Shown one piece after another: positions 10,773-22,185 of a stretch of 25,654 nucleotides of DNA. Below the pieces are notes generated by a model. The model worked only from the letters and a program-made list of their open reading frames with translations. It was not told the DNA's origin and did not search any database. The translations under genes and the position numbers were made by a program. The DNA is taken from positions 1-25,654 of the forward strand of contig NW_021836032.1 in the NCBI RefSeq assembly GCF_006345805.1, read 5' to 3'. Origin of the DNA: Octopus sinensis. Taxonomy: Eukaryota. How positions within the stretch are numbered: the first letter of the stretch is position 1; every line of letters starts with the position of its first letter.

Positions 10773-10806
<34 letters not shown>

Positions 10807-10817
10807 ATATAATTAAT

Positions 10818-11000
10818 AATAATATGTTACATTACTCGATAGTCAAGATAAAACTCTGAGTTTCAGATGCCGAAGTGGGAATCCACAACGCCATCTCTTC
10901 GGTTATCTGGCTATAACCGAAGAGATGGCGTTGTGGATTCCCACTTCGGCATCTGAAACTCAGAGTTTTATCTTGACTATCGAGTAAATAACATATTATT
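10818..11000. repeat. Near-perfect palindrome: 75-bp perfect arms (10832-10906 / 10913-10987), 6-nt loop
   Basis: Arms are exact reverse complements; a further 12-bp pair lies at 10818-10829 / 10989-11000. Confidence 0.95.
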
Positions 11001-11086
11001 TATAGATAAATTTCCTCTATTTACAATAATATTGAGGTCTCTTTCTTTCTTTTGTTATCTTACCGTTTTACCAATATATATAGATA

Positions 11087-11127
<41 letters not shown>

Positions 11128-11480
11128 TATATATAAATGGAGTTTAACGCAGGTATAATTCAAATACTTTTACTTCCGACACATGTTTCGAATATTTCAC
11201 TGATATATTCCTAAGTTGCTACCTTTCAAAACAAGGAGTTACAACCTCTTTACTTGTATGATTTTTTGCTACCCTGGTAACTATTATCTTCTTTTTTCGT
11301 ATTAATTGTTAACAAGGGAAAATACACTCATCTATAGATATATATATGTTTTTTTCTGTTTCTACGTCTTATTGTGATGTCCTGTACTTCCGTATAATTA
11401 TATATATGCATGTATATATACATGTAGATGTAGGTACGTACATATATGTTTGTATGTATGCATATATTTTTATTATCTCC

Positions 11481-11542
<62 letters not shown>

Positions 11543-11585
11543 TATATATATGTATATATATATATGGTGTGTATATATATATGTG

Positions 11586-11884
<299 letters not shown>

Positions 11885-12346
11885 CTAATATATATATGGT
11901 GGTGTGTGTATGATTATAATATATATATGTATGTATATATATATATAGAATGTATGTATGTATGTATGTATGTATGTATAAGTGCATGTATGTATGTATG
12001 TATGTATATACACATGTCACTAAATGGGACTAGGGTGTTAGAAAACACCTACATTGCTAGAAATAAGTGCTAAACGCTCTAATGCTGTAGTTAACACACA
12101 TGGAAGAAAACATACACACTCACAGCGACCATAATCACTCGAAAAGTGCCGATCGAGAACAGCGTTCCAGGTTTTCTCAGCTATTTTCGTTTCTTTTTTT
12201 TATCTTCATCGGTTATATCATGCTATATTATAGTACTATACAACACATGCACACACATGCACGCATACACATACATACATACACACGCGCACATACACAT
12301 ACATACATACATACATACATCCAGGCACACACACACATACACACAT

Positions 12347-12702
12347 ATTTTAAGATTAATATGGTAGACGGAATGTAACTAGAAGCATTTATTATCGCAA
12401 GAATCGCTTCGAATTCATTCTGCACTGCTCCCTAGGTGGCGTGGAACGATGTAATAACACCGGATGTAACGCTAGAATCTCTCACCATCACCATATAGCT
12501 TGAAGCGAAATCGAAATGTAAATCTGTGAACTCGTGAAGCATCTTATGTCACTTGAGGAGGCTCTTTTGTACTGTGCGTTGCATTCGTCGTTATTACATC
12601 GCTCCACGCTCACTAGGGAGCTGTGCAGTATAAAACCGAAACGATTGTTGTGTTGATAAACGCTTCTAGTTACATTCCATCTTCCGTATTAATCTTTTAA
12701 AA
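12347..12702. repeat. ~125-bp diverged inverted repeat (12347-12472 / 12576-12702) with ~100-bp spacer
   Basis: aagattaatatggtagacggaatgtaactagaagc...gatgtaataac versus gttattacatc...gcttctagttacattccatcttccgtattaatctt. Confidence 0.85.
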
Positions 12703-12897
12703 TATACCCTACATGCACTTTGGACGTAGACCCAACGACTAACGCACAATATCGTTGATGAGACCTTGTAGCCATAAGTGGTGAACGTGTTCTGCTGGTA
12801 CATTACCTGGGGCTTACCCTAAAACAAGGTTTGGGTACTGCATTTAACGCCAACTTTCTAAACCTTAATAATTCAATTTTAAATTCGACTTATATAC

Positions 12898-12946
<49 letters not shown>

Positions 12947-12948
12947 AA

Positions 12949-13111
12949 GGCACAGGAGTGGATGTGTCGTAAGAAGCTTGCTTCTCAACGACATGGTTCG
13001 GGGTTCAATCCCACTGTGTGGCACTTTCGGCAAGTATTTTCTACAATAGCCTCGAGCCGACCAAAGCCTTGTGAGTGGATTTGGTAAGACGGAAACTGAA
13101 AGAAGCCCGTC

Positions 13112-13160
<49 letters not shown>

Positions 13161-13420
13161 CATTATATATGTGTGTGTGCATGTGTGTGTGTGTATGTGT
13201 GCGTATGTATTTGTGTGCCTGTGTTCGTCCTTCCACCATCACTTGACAATCGATGTTAGTGAGTTTACGTCCCCGTAACTTAGCGGTTCGGCAAAAGAGA
13301 ACAACAGAATAAGTACTAGGCTTACAAAGAATAAGTCCTGAAGTCGATTTGTTCGACTGAATGCGGTGCTCCTGCATGGCCGCAGTCAAATGACTGAAAG
13401 AAGCAAAAGAGTAAAGGAGT
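12949..13420 (+). mobile_element. SINE family A, full length
   Basis: B box gggttcaatccc at 13001-13012; internal (TA)n(TG)n; colinear with other copies. Confidence 0.9.
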
Positions 13421-13425
13421 ATATA

Positions 13426-14639
13426 CAGGATTACGAAGTTATTTGAGGACATACCTTTTTAGGGGTCACTGTTACATTTTTTGCTCATTCTGTATAATCT
13501 TTGTTTCAGAAAATAATAGTGGCAGACCGTCGGCTTACTCGAGAAATGAAGAGCCATGGTGTTTTTGTGGCCTAGCGATTTAGAAATATCTCGACATTTA
13601 AAAGTTGCAAGATATTTCGTCTACAAAATTTGTAAGGATTGAAGATGGGAGCGTATCACTAGTATCAAAGCATAAAAAGCATTCTAAATTCTCTGAAATC
13701 ATCAGAACACCTGAATTCATCCAGCAACTTCAACAGACTATAGATTAAAAGCCCAGAAAGTCCATGAGGTCAATTGCAAAAGGTTTCCATGTGTCAGAAG
13801 AAACAGTCAGAAATGTTGTACATGAAGACATCAGATATAAGTCTTTTGTGATGAGGAAAGGTCAGTTTGTCAGAAAAAGCAAAAGAAAATCACTACAACT
13901 TATCTAAAAGGCTCTTAAACAAACTGAAAAATCCAGCACAAGAAGATTCGATTTGGTTTTTCTCAAACGAGAAAAACTTCGGCTAAGATAAAAAAAATTA
14001 ACAGAATTGATAGATGGTTATGTGCAGACCCTTCTGAAGTGTTATGCATACACAATTTTCTGCAGCTGTCCTAGTTTTAGGGGTTGTCAGCAATGAAGGA
14101 CATGTGAAGCCTCCTTACTTCTTTGTACAAGGCCTTAGAGTTAACTCTGCCACCTACACTTAGGTCCTGGAAATGATAGTTAAGCCCTGGATAGACAGTG
14201 TATGCAATAGAAGGTCATATGTGTTTCAGTAAGTCTCTGCACTATCACACATGGCTCTAGTAACATAGGAATAGATGGCTGAAATTTTTCATGATCATAT
14301 AACCCCAAACATTTGGCCTCCTAATTTCCCAGATAACAATCCATTGGACCATTAGACATCGAGTGTTGTTGAGAGAGGTCAATGAACACAGCCATAATAC
14401 CAAAGATTCGTTGAAAGCTACCATAGTTAGAGAAATGTCCAAAATGAACGAGGACCACTTAATTTAGATCTCATATAGAAGCAGTTGTTGAAGCTGAAGG
14501 TGGTTTTATTGAATAATATTATAGAACAGAAGTTTTATTTTTATCCTCATATTATTTTTTGATAAATAAAGTTATTTGTTATTATACATCTGTTCTTTTT
14601 ATAAACATAAATCTGTCCTCAAATATCTTATGCACTTTA
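13426..14639 (+). mobile_element. Decayed Tc1/mariner-superfamily DNA transposon, DD37D (maT) type
   Basis: 26-bp imperfect TIRs with an exact inner 12 bp (tatttgaggaca 13440-13451 / tgtcctcaaata 14614-14625); TA on both flanks; internal transposase remnant. Confidence 0.9.
13700..14512 (+). pseudogene. DD37D transposase pseudogene
   Basis: HTH-like PRKSMRSIAKGFHVSEETVRNVVHEDIRYKS; WFFSNEKNF (13954); VFQ*VSALSH (14221); WPPNFPDNNPLDH (D at 14347). 37 codons lie between the second and third catalytic positions. Multiple stops and frameshifts. Confidence 0.9.
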
Positions 14640-14663
14640 TATAAATATATAAATAATAAAAAA

Positions 14664-14870
14664 GGAGGCGAGCTGGCAGAGGTCGTTAGCACGCCGGAAG
14701 AAATGATTAGCAGTATAAATGCTGTGGTGTTTATGTCACCATAACTGAGCGGTTCGGCAAAAGAGACCGATAGAATAAGTACTAGGCTTACAAAGAATAA
14801 GTCATGGAGGTGATTTGCTCGACTAAAGGCGGTGCTGCAACAAGTAAAAGAATAAAAGAATAAAAAGAAT
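14664..14870 (+). mobile_element. Junction of a SINE B head (14664-14715) and a SINE A 3' half (14720-14870)
   Basis: ggaggcgagctggcagaggtcgttagcacgccgg followed by gcggttcggcaaaagagaccgatagaataagtactagg. Confidence 0.75.
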
Positions 14871-15600
14871 ATACCAGTGTATGTATATGTATGTATATTT
14901 TATTATATATACCAGTATATGTATGTATATTATATGCCCTTCGAGTTTTTCTTCCTTTTGACGTGAATGGTGAGTGCGGCTAATCAAACATTTGGCTGTT
15001 CAACCAACAGTGTAATCGCGCAATGTTTTAAAATCGGTAGCCAAATCTTTAAGTCACATAGTCAAATAGATATGGTTGCTATTCGTGGGCCAGCGCAGAT
15101 ATTTCGAGCTGAAAAATCTTATATGGTCGTTTCATAGGGGTAGAATACGATATAACGATATAACTTATGTTGGGAATAGACATAATGTTCCCTGGGATGT
15201 CACTTATGAAAGACCAGCTTCTTTTCTATCCGTTTTACTACTTCGAGCAAGTCAGGTTTGTATTAATTCTTATAAACCTCATATGACCAAGTATTCATAT
15301 AGATTTAATATAACGACAGTGTAAAACTTCACAAGAGTGCCTTCTGCATTAGAACCATATAGCTAAGTGCAGATTACCATACGTAAGGTGAATGAGCTTA
15401 AAATAATTTTTAATCCTTTTAAATAATTGATGTTTTACATTAAAAAAATATTGGTAATAGTTCTACAGTCAGAATAGGTAGGAGTGTGGTAAAATAATTG
15501 TAACGGGGTGGTAGCTTGTGGTTAGAAGCGTGAAAACTCTCCGCGGTGGTCATCACCACCTTCGGTGTTTTGGTTTTGACAACAATTCAGCCCCAAGCAA

Positions 15601-15791
15601 AAGCGGTGAGCTGATAGAACCATTAGCACGCCGGACAAAATGCTTTGCGGCATTTCTTCCGGCTTTACATTCTGAGCTTAAATTCCGCCTCGGGTAACTT
15701 TACCTTTCGTCCTTTTTAGGGTGGATAAAATAAGTACGAATTGAACACTAGGGTCAAAATTTCAGGCCTTGTACCTAGAGAAAAGAAAAGG
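15601..15791 (+). mobile_element. SINE family B (B2 tail) with ~17-bp TSD
   Basis: acaattcagccccaagc (15582-15598) / acaatttagccccaggc (15792-15808). Confidence 0.8.
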
Positions 15792-16185
15792 ACAATTTAG
15801 CCCCAGGCCAACCATGAACCAGCAGGCCTCTGATCACTAGTACTCCTATAGCGACCATCCTATCCTTTTTTTTTCTGAAATCTCATACACTCACAACTGC
15901 AACTGCATTATTATCCTATTTCTTTACTACCCACAAGGGTCTAAACACAGAGAGGACAAACAAGGACAGACAAACAAGGACAAACAAACGGATTAAGTCG
16001 ATTTTATCGACCTCAGTGCGTAACTGGTACTTATTTAATCGATCCCGAAAGGATGAAAGGCAAAGTCGACCTCGGCAACTGCATTATTATCCAATGTACT
16101 TTTCGATATCTTTAAGAAGGTAGGGCGTAATTTGAAGGAGATTTTGCTGTTATTTCTAGAAGGTCGAGAAACCCATGAGTGTCAA
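15792..16185. repeat. Older dispersed repeat (family E), interrupted by SINEs; related pieces near 17030-17125, 19960-20010 and 20420-20515
   Basis: Shared motif atttctag(a/c)aggtcga and tgatca...gaccatc. Confidence 0.5.
15917..16076 (-). mobile_element. 5'-truncated SINE B1 with a perfect 16-bp TSD
   Basis: aactgcattattatcc at 15901-15916 and 16077-16092. Confidence 0.92.
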
Positions 16186-17164
16186 CCTCGTTAGCTCATT
16201 TGCGTTAGTTTTCGTAATATTAGTAGTTATTGTGGAATCGATGTCATTGTTGTTGTTGATGCTGCTTCTGTAGTGTGTGGTACGTCTTTGGATCATATCA
16301 CTGCAGCCCACAATGTTATTATTTCTTGACTTGGTCACGCCCTAACGTGAGCAGGGAATTGAGATTTTGTTACATATCAACTTCTTCAGTTTCAAGAATC
16401 TACCATTTGTGTGGTCAATACATGTAGTTGTTATGAAGTTTTTCTTTTACGATTTGCATAAGTTGTTAACCCAAAGCCCACCACCCTCGCCACAACATCC
16501 ACGCACTCAGCTATTACTGTTGTTGGCGTTGGTGGTATTGATGTCGGTTATGTTTAAACGTGAGTAAGCTACAATCAAATGTACCCTAACTTCAGCCTTG
16601 ATAATCTTGTCTTTTATTTATACATAGTATGTATTAAAAAATAATAAGAACCTGTTTCTAAGCATGCCATACTTTTTCTTATCTATCACCCCTTTTCTGT
16701 AACTAACACTTTTCCAAAGTTTCCTTGTAACAATTCAACAATATTAAATATACCACAAAAGAAAAAAAAAAAAAAGAAAAACAAAACTGTGCCGATTGGT
16801 TGATGGCCATGAAAAGACTACTTAGAAGGTGAAAACATTTTGATTAATAATATTCTCAGGTGACTCACAAACACAATGAAAATTTTAATTATTTTTGAAA
16901 ATTAAAAGATGTATCTTTCCCCACTCCCTATTCCCGTCTTCATCCCCAGGACCCATGCAGAATTTTTCATCGCCGTCCTGCTACCCAGCAGTGTACTGCC
17001 TAAATTGAAAGACACTGTTCCAAAGCAATATTACGTGATGTCTCCATTTTAAAAAAGACTGTACAGAGTGATTTGACAAATTTCTAGGAGATCGAGTGGT
17101 CACATAAATGCCTTCTCATTGCATCGCTCTGGACGTTGTTCTTGCTGTTGCTGTTGTTTTAGTA

Positions 17165-17513
17165 ATTACCTCCGCCTTAGCGAAGGCTGTGGTATTATTT
17201 TCAGTCGTGTTTGTTTGTCTGTGGACAAGATATCTCAAGTACCGCTGGATGGATTCGGATGAAACTTTCGGGGATGTTTGACCTCGTGACTGGCACGAAT
17301 TGATTAGATTTTGGAATCGATCTGGTACCGGACAAGGATTCTGGATTATTTTTCGGTTTTTTTTTTTTACTTAATTTTTGAGAGCGGTCGGGTTCATTTT
17401 TATTCTCATTTGTAAGAGCAATCGAGTTTATTTCAGATATTCTCATTTAAAGAAAGAAACATCTCTGGCTAATCGTTGAGAGGACGTTGATGTTGCCTTG
17501 GCGGAGGTTTGTG
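17165..17513 (+). mobile_element. Helentron/HINE-like non-autonomous element; its 3' hairpin is displaced to 19336-19366 by an insertion
   Basis: Subterminal IR acctccgcc (17168-17176) / ggcggaggt (17500-17508); 5' hairpin gcctt-agcg-aaggc; gtttgtttgtctgt; gatgaaactt; the 3' stem-loop gtgctc-tct-gagtgc is found at 19348-19362. Confidence 0.65.
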
Positions 17514-19335
17514 TCACAGGCGGTTTGAATTGTTTTTTGTGATGTTAGACATAGTTCACAGTGTTAAATATTTGTTTGGTTGTTACTGTTCAAATTGTTG
17601 CTAGTGTTATTTTGAATTGTTGTTTTTTTCTCATTGTGGAAAAATGGAGAAAACGCCAGCAGTTGGCCACAGTTATGCGGCTGCAACTGGAAAAGGGATA
17701 GACGCGGAAACGCTGGAGGTACGAGAAATAAAGAGTGAACCTCGAAAAATGAAGGAATGCGAGAAGTTGCTGGAAAGAGACGGAACTACATTGAAATTAA
17801 CGCCGGATGTGGAACTAACAACCAACGTAATGAAAAAAAAAAAAACGGTGATATATAAGACAATGAAGATGGCAACAAGAAAAATAGAAATAGCGACAAT
17901 AGAGGCTATTGAAGAATGTTTAAAGAATATAAAAAGTCTAACCGCATTTATAACAAAAGGGAGAAAGTACGCTACTGTGGAGGTGCGTTTTGTATCCGAA
18001 GTGGAAGCAATTCAGTACCCCACGGAGGCAATAAGATCGGAAGAATATGTACTTTTGCCATCGTACTGTGGTAAACGTGTGGCCAGGGTGCGAGTTGGCA
18101 AAGTGCCCCAGAGCTGAAAGAAGCATGGCTAATGACAGCCATAATGTATGACATGAATGAGGAGGCCAAGATACTGAAGAACCCAGAGTTAACTACTGGG
18201 GATATGGAATATAGTTTACCGTTCAAGCAACAGTGGAAGACCTAAATAGAATTGTCGAAGAGATAATGCTGCCCGATGACGTAAGATTGAGAGTGATGGT
18301 GGAGGGTAGGCCGCCTATATGTTATGCATGTGGAGAAAAGGGCCACATGAAGACGAGATGCCCCCAGAGGGAACAACAGATAGAGCAGATGGAGAGGCAG
18401 GAGAGCACGGAGCAGGTGGTACAGGTCGAGATAAAGGAGAAAGCAACGGAGGAGGGGTTCACGGTGTTTAAAAAAGAAAGAGGAGTGGGAGAGTGAGCTC
18501 TCCGCCAGAGCAGCAGAAAAGGAAGAAAGAAGATATGGAAAAGGAAGAGACCAGAAGGAAGGAAGACGAAATGGTGGTGAAAAAAATGAGCGAAAAGGAA
18601 CTTGAAGAAGTGTTCAAGGAGGTGTTGCATGAGAAGGAGACATTGGTGAGGACACCGGTTGTTGCAGTGGAGGAAGAAAGTTTAGAAATGTAACTGGAGT
18701 GTCTGCTCAGGGAGGTGGAAGAAAGGAAGACGGTATCAGGAGCGGAGCAGGAAAGGAGAAAACAAATGAGAAAAAGAAAATTTCAATGGAATTTTGTGAC
18801 GTACACAAAAAGCAAAGAAACTGAAAAGAAAGTATTAAAGTTTGAACATATTATAAGAGTTAAGTTGCCCACGGATGTGTATTCAGAGAATGTGAAGGCC
18901 ATCGTGGTTGACAAAGACACATACAGCAGACTGAAAGACATGTGTGGAGAAGGGATTGACCCGCCAGGTGTGATGGCGGAGTTCGATGAATTACCACCAG
19001 TAGTGAAGCTAAATGATTTAGAATCTTTTATGAGATATTAAAAAGTAAAAAACAGTAAAATTGTTTTATTAAAAAAGGAAGGAAAAAAGTAAAATTGTTT
19101 CATTTAAAAAAAAAAGAGGGAAAAACAAGAAAAAGGAATAATATAATAGAACAGTTGTAAATCGTTTATATAAACGTTCAAATGGTACTGCATGGGAGTG
19201 GGGCTCATGCAGCCATTTCATTTTTCATTTATATATAACGTCTCATTTTCATTCGTTTTGTGCTTTTTGTCCCCACTGTGGTGTCTTTGTAGTGTCCCCA
19301 TTGTGATGTGGTCGTAGTGCCAAAATAAAGAAACA
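17514..19335 (+). mobile_element. ORF1-only (half-LINE, HAL1-like) non-autonomous retroelement
   Basis: TSD ttggcggaggtttgtg (17498-17513) / ttggcgaggcttgtg (19336-19350); single disrupted gag-like ORF; ends aataaagaaaca. Confidence 0.75.
17644..19041 (+). pseudogene. L1/Tx1-type ORF1-like nucleic-acid-binding protein (~465 codons, disrupted)
   Basis: N-terminal SYAAA motif; RRM-like region (KGRKYATVEVRF...RVRVGKVP); EGRPPI-CYACGEKGHMKTRC (CX2CX4HX4C); Glu/Lys-rich linker. About 3 frameshifts and 2 stops join four ORF-track pieces. Confidence 0.8.
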
Positions 19336-19669
19336 TTGGCGAGGCTTGTGCTCTCTGAGTGCTACTGGCGACTGTTGTATGCGATGACTTTCTACGTTTT
19401 TCTTTACGACGAAAAAGTGAAGTTGTTCCCCAGTAACGAGCACAATAGCGATTAGCATAATTACGTTCGAATCTACCGTAGCGTTTAAGGAACAGATATG
19501 AAGTCATCGTTTTGAATCCTGCTGTTTACGGTGCATATGATGATACTTTTCTCAGAATGGGTCCATCCTTTTTTACGACTGTAAAATGTGATTCGTGGCA
19601 TGTGCGTCTGTTATTTCTCACAAATCGGTTGACTCCATAGTTTTTCTCATTGGTTCATATAAGTTTGCC

Positions 19670-19705
19670 TCATCATCACCGCCGCCGTTGTCGTTGTCGT
19701 TGTTG

Positions 19706-19744
<39 letters not shown>

Positions 19745-19775
19745 TCATCGTCGCCATCCTGTTATTGTTGCTGTG
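19670..19775. repeat. Compound trinucleotide repeat (GTT/GCT/CAT)
   Basis: Direct reading. Confidence 0.9.
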
Positions 19776-20016
19776 TACTTGTCCATCCCTTTTTTTAAGA
19801 CTGTAGGAATGTGTGACTACTATTTCTTACAGATCAGTCGATTATGTAGGAGTTCTCTCGTTGGTCCACTATTATCGTTGTTGCTGGGGTTGACGATAGT
19901 AATAGTTGGATTAATGATAATAATAGCATTTGTAATATCGTTGTTGGTGATTGATGGTGAAAAGACATATGATCAAGGGCCTTTCCAATCATGACCATCA
20001 CTGTATTTCTTTTATA

Positions 20017-20408
20017 CAGGAGTGGCTGTGTGGTAAGTAGCTTGCTTACAAACCACATGGTTCTGGGTTCAGTCAACTACATGGCATCTTGGGCAAGTGT
20101 CTTCTGCTATAGCCTCGGGCTGACCAAAGCCTTGTGAGTAGATTTGGTAGACGGAAACTAAAAGAAGCCCGTCGTATATATGTATATCTATATATGTATG
20201 TGTGTGTGTTTGTGTGTCTGTGTTTTTCCTCCAACATCGCTCGACAACCGATGCTGGTGTGTTTACGTCCCCGTCACTTAGCGGTTCAGCCAAAGAGACC
20301 GATAGGCTTACAAAGAATAAGTCCTGGGCTCGATTTGCTCGACTAAAAGGCGGTGCTCCAGCATGGCCGCAGTCAAATGACTGAAACAAGTAAAAGAGTA
20401 AAAGAGTA
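20017..20408 (+). mobile_element. SINE family A, full length
   Basis: A box tggctgtgtgg, B-box-like gggttcagtc; colinear with other copies. Confidence 0.9.
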
Positions 20409-20549
20409 TCGCCAGACAACATAACATATCTTTTTCTTTAAGTCGCTCGAGGGTAATTTTTAGGGCAATGTGGATGCTATTTCTAGCAGGTCGAACGACC
20501 ACGTAGAGGCTCCTTCTTCGTCACTGTGAACAGTCAGCTTTACTAGTCG

Positions 20550-21390
20550 GTTATGGTAGTGGTAGTGGTGGTGATAGGGGTATGGGGGTGCTCTTGCTTG
20601 TACTCATGGTGCTAGTGGGTGGTGATGGTATTGGTTTTGCTGGTGGGTGATGGTAGTGGTTGTAGTGGTGGTGGTGGGGTGGTGGTGGTGGTGGGGGGTG
20701 ATACTGTTGATGGTGATTGTTCTGGTGTTGGTGATGGTTGTAGTGCTGGTTGTTGTTGTTGTTGTTGTTGCTGCTGGTGGTGGTGGTGGTGGTGGAGGTG
20801 GTGGTAGTGGTGGTGTTGGTGGTGGTGGTGTTGGTGCTGGTAGTGGCGACGGTGTTGGTAGTGGTTGAAGTGCTGGTTGTTGTTGCTGTTGGTAGTGGGA
20901 GTGGTGGTAGTGGAGGTGGTGGTAGTGTTAGTGGTGGTAATAGTGGTGGTGACACTGTTGATGGTGGTTGTTCTGGTGTTGGTGCTGGTAGTGGCGACAG
21001 TGTTGGTGGTGGTGGTAGTGGTGGTGGTAATGGGCGAAGTCGGAAACGAGTATTATTTATAGATCTCGCAGAGTTGGGGGTGGTAATAGCATTCTATTTT
21101 CGTATTGTTTACATAAGTGGGGAAGAGTATTTACGTAACTTACGTGAATGATATCGAAAAAAATGGTGGTAGTGACAGTGTTGGCAATAGTGTGTTAGTA
21201 AATAAAAATAGTGCTGGTAATGACAGCGGCGGCGGCGGCGGCGGTGGTTGTGAGATGGTGGTGGTGGTGATGGTGGTACTAATTATTGCAATGACAGTTG
21301 TTTTAAGTCATTGGTTGTTACGATGTTCAGGCCAGCAATGATAGCAGGAAACGATGACGGCAGTGGTGGTGGTGGTGGTGGTGATGGTTC
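20550..21390. repeat. Degenerate (GGT/GTT)n low-complexity region
   Basis: Direct reading. Confidence 0.9.
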
Positions 21391-21748
21391 TTAGCTGTAA
21401 TACAAGAAGGGAGAGGAAGTGACGGTAATAAATAGTTAACTCGCATTCAGGATGGGTAACCCTAGTTTGTTTATCGTCTCCTATTTTCAAAACTTCATTA
21501 AATTTCCAAAAATAGAACCCGTGACTTTGCTTAATCACTAATTAGTAATGTTTGCTGTTGTTATTATTGTTGTCGTTGTTGTTGAAGAATGATAATATTT
21601 ACATAATCGGCCATTTGTGAACTATTAGTAGATTTCCAAAAAAAAAAATGTCGGATTAGCAAAATGATTATTATCACAGACACCGGCATCAAAATAAAAT
21701 ATGGATACGAACTTTTGCTATAAAATATAACTGGAGAGATTCAATATC

Positions 21749-22058
21749 AAGAAGAAAGAGGAGGAGGAGGAGGAGGAGGGGAAGAAGAAGAAGAAGAAGA
21801 AGAAGAAGAAGATGAAAATGAAGAAGAAGAGGAAGAAGAAGAAGAAGGAGATGATGATGAAGAAGAAGAAGATGAAGATGAAGATGAAGAAGATGAAGAT
21901 GAAGATGAAGAAGGAGAAGATGATGAATAAGAAGAAGAAGAAGGAGAAGGAGAAGAAGAAGAAAATGAAACAGGAGGAGGAGGAGGAGGATGTGGTGGAG
22001 AAGGAAGAGGAGGAGGAGGAGAAGGAGAAGAAGAAGAAGAAGAAGAAGAAGAAGAAGA
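21749..22058. repeat. Polypurine (GAA/GAG/GAT)n tract
   Basis: Direct reading. Confidence 0.95.
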
Positions 22059-22059
22059 A

Positions 22060-22185
22060 TGGTTTCAAATTTTTACACAAAGGGCACCAGTTTCACTGGT
22101 ACTTAATTTATCGACCCCGAGAGGGATGAAAGGCAAAGTCGACTTCGACGGAACTTGCACCCAGACTGTAGCGACGGGCGAAATA
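22060..22185 (-). mobile_element. SINE family B (B2 tail), internally deleted
   Basis: ggtttcaaattttacacaa tail; atcgaccccgagagggatgaaaggcaaagtcgac. Confidence 0.8.

Noticed and set aside
12750-12795. TTGATGAGACC...GGTGAACGTG degenerate hammerhead
   Set aside because: No intact GAAA box and no convincing stem I.
14940-15400. Unique segment with minus-strand YKPDLLEVVK, hinting at a transposase or RLE
   Set aside because: No second motif in any frame examined.
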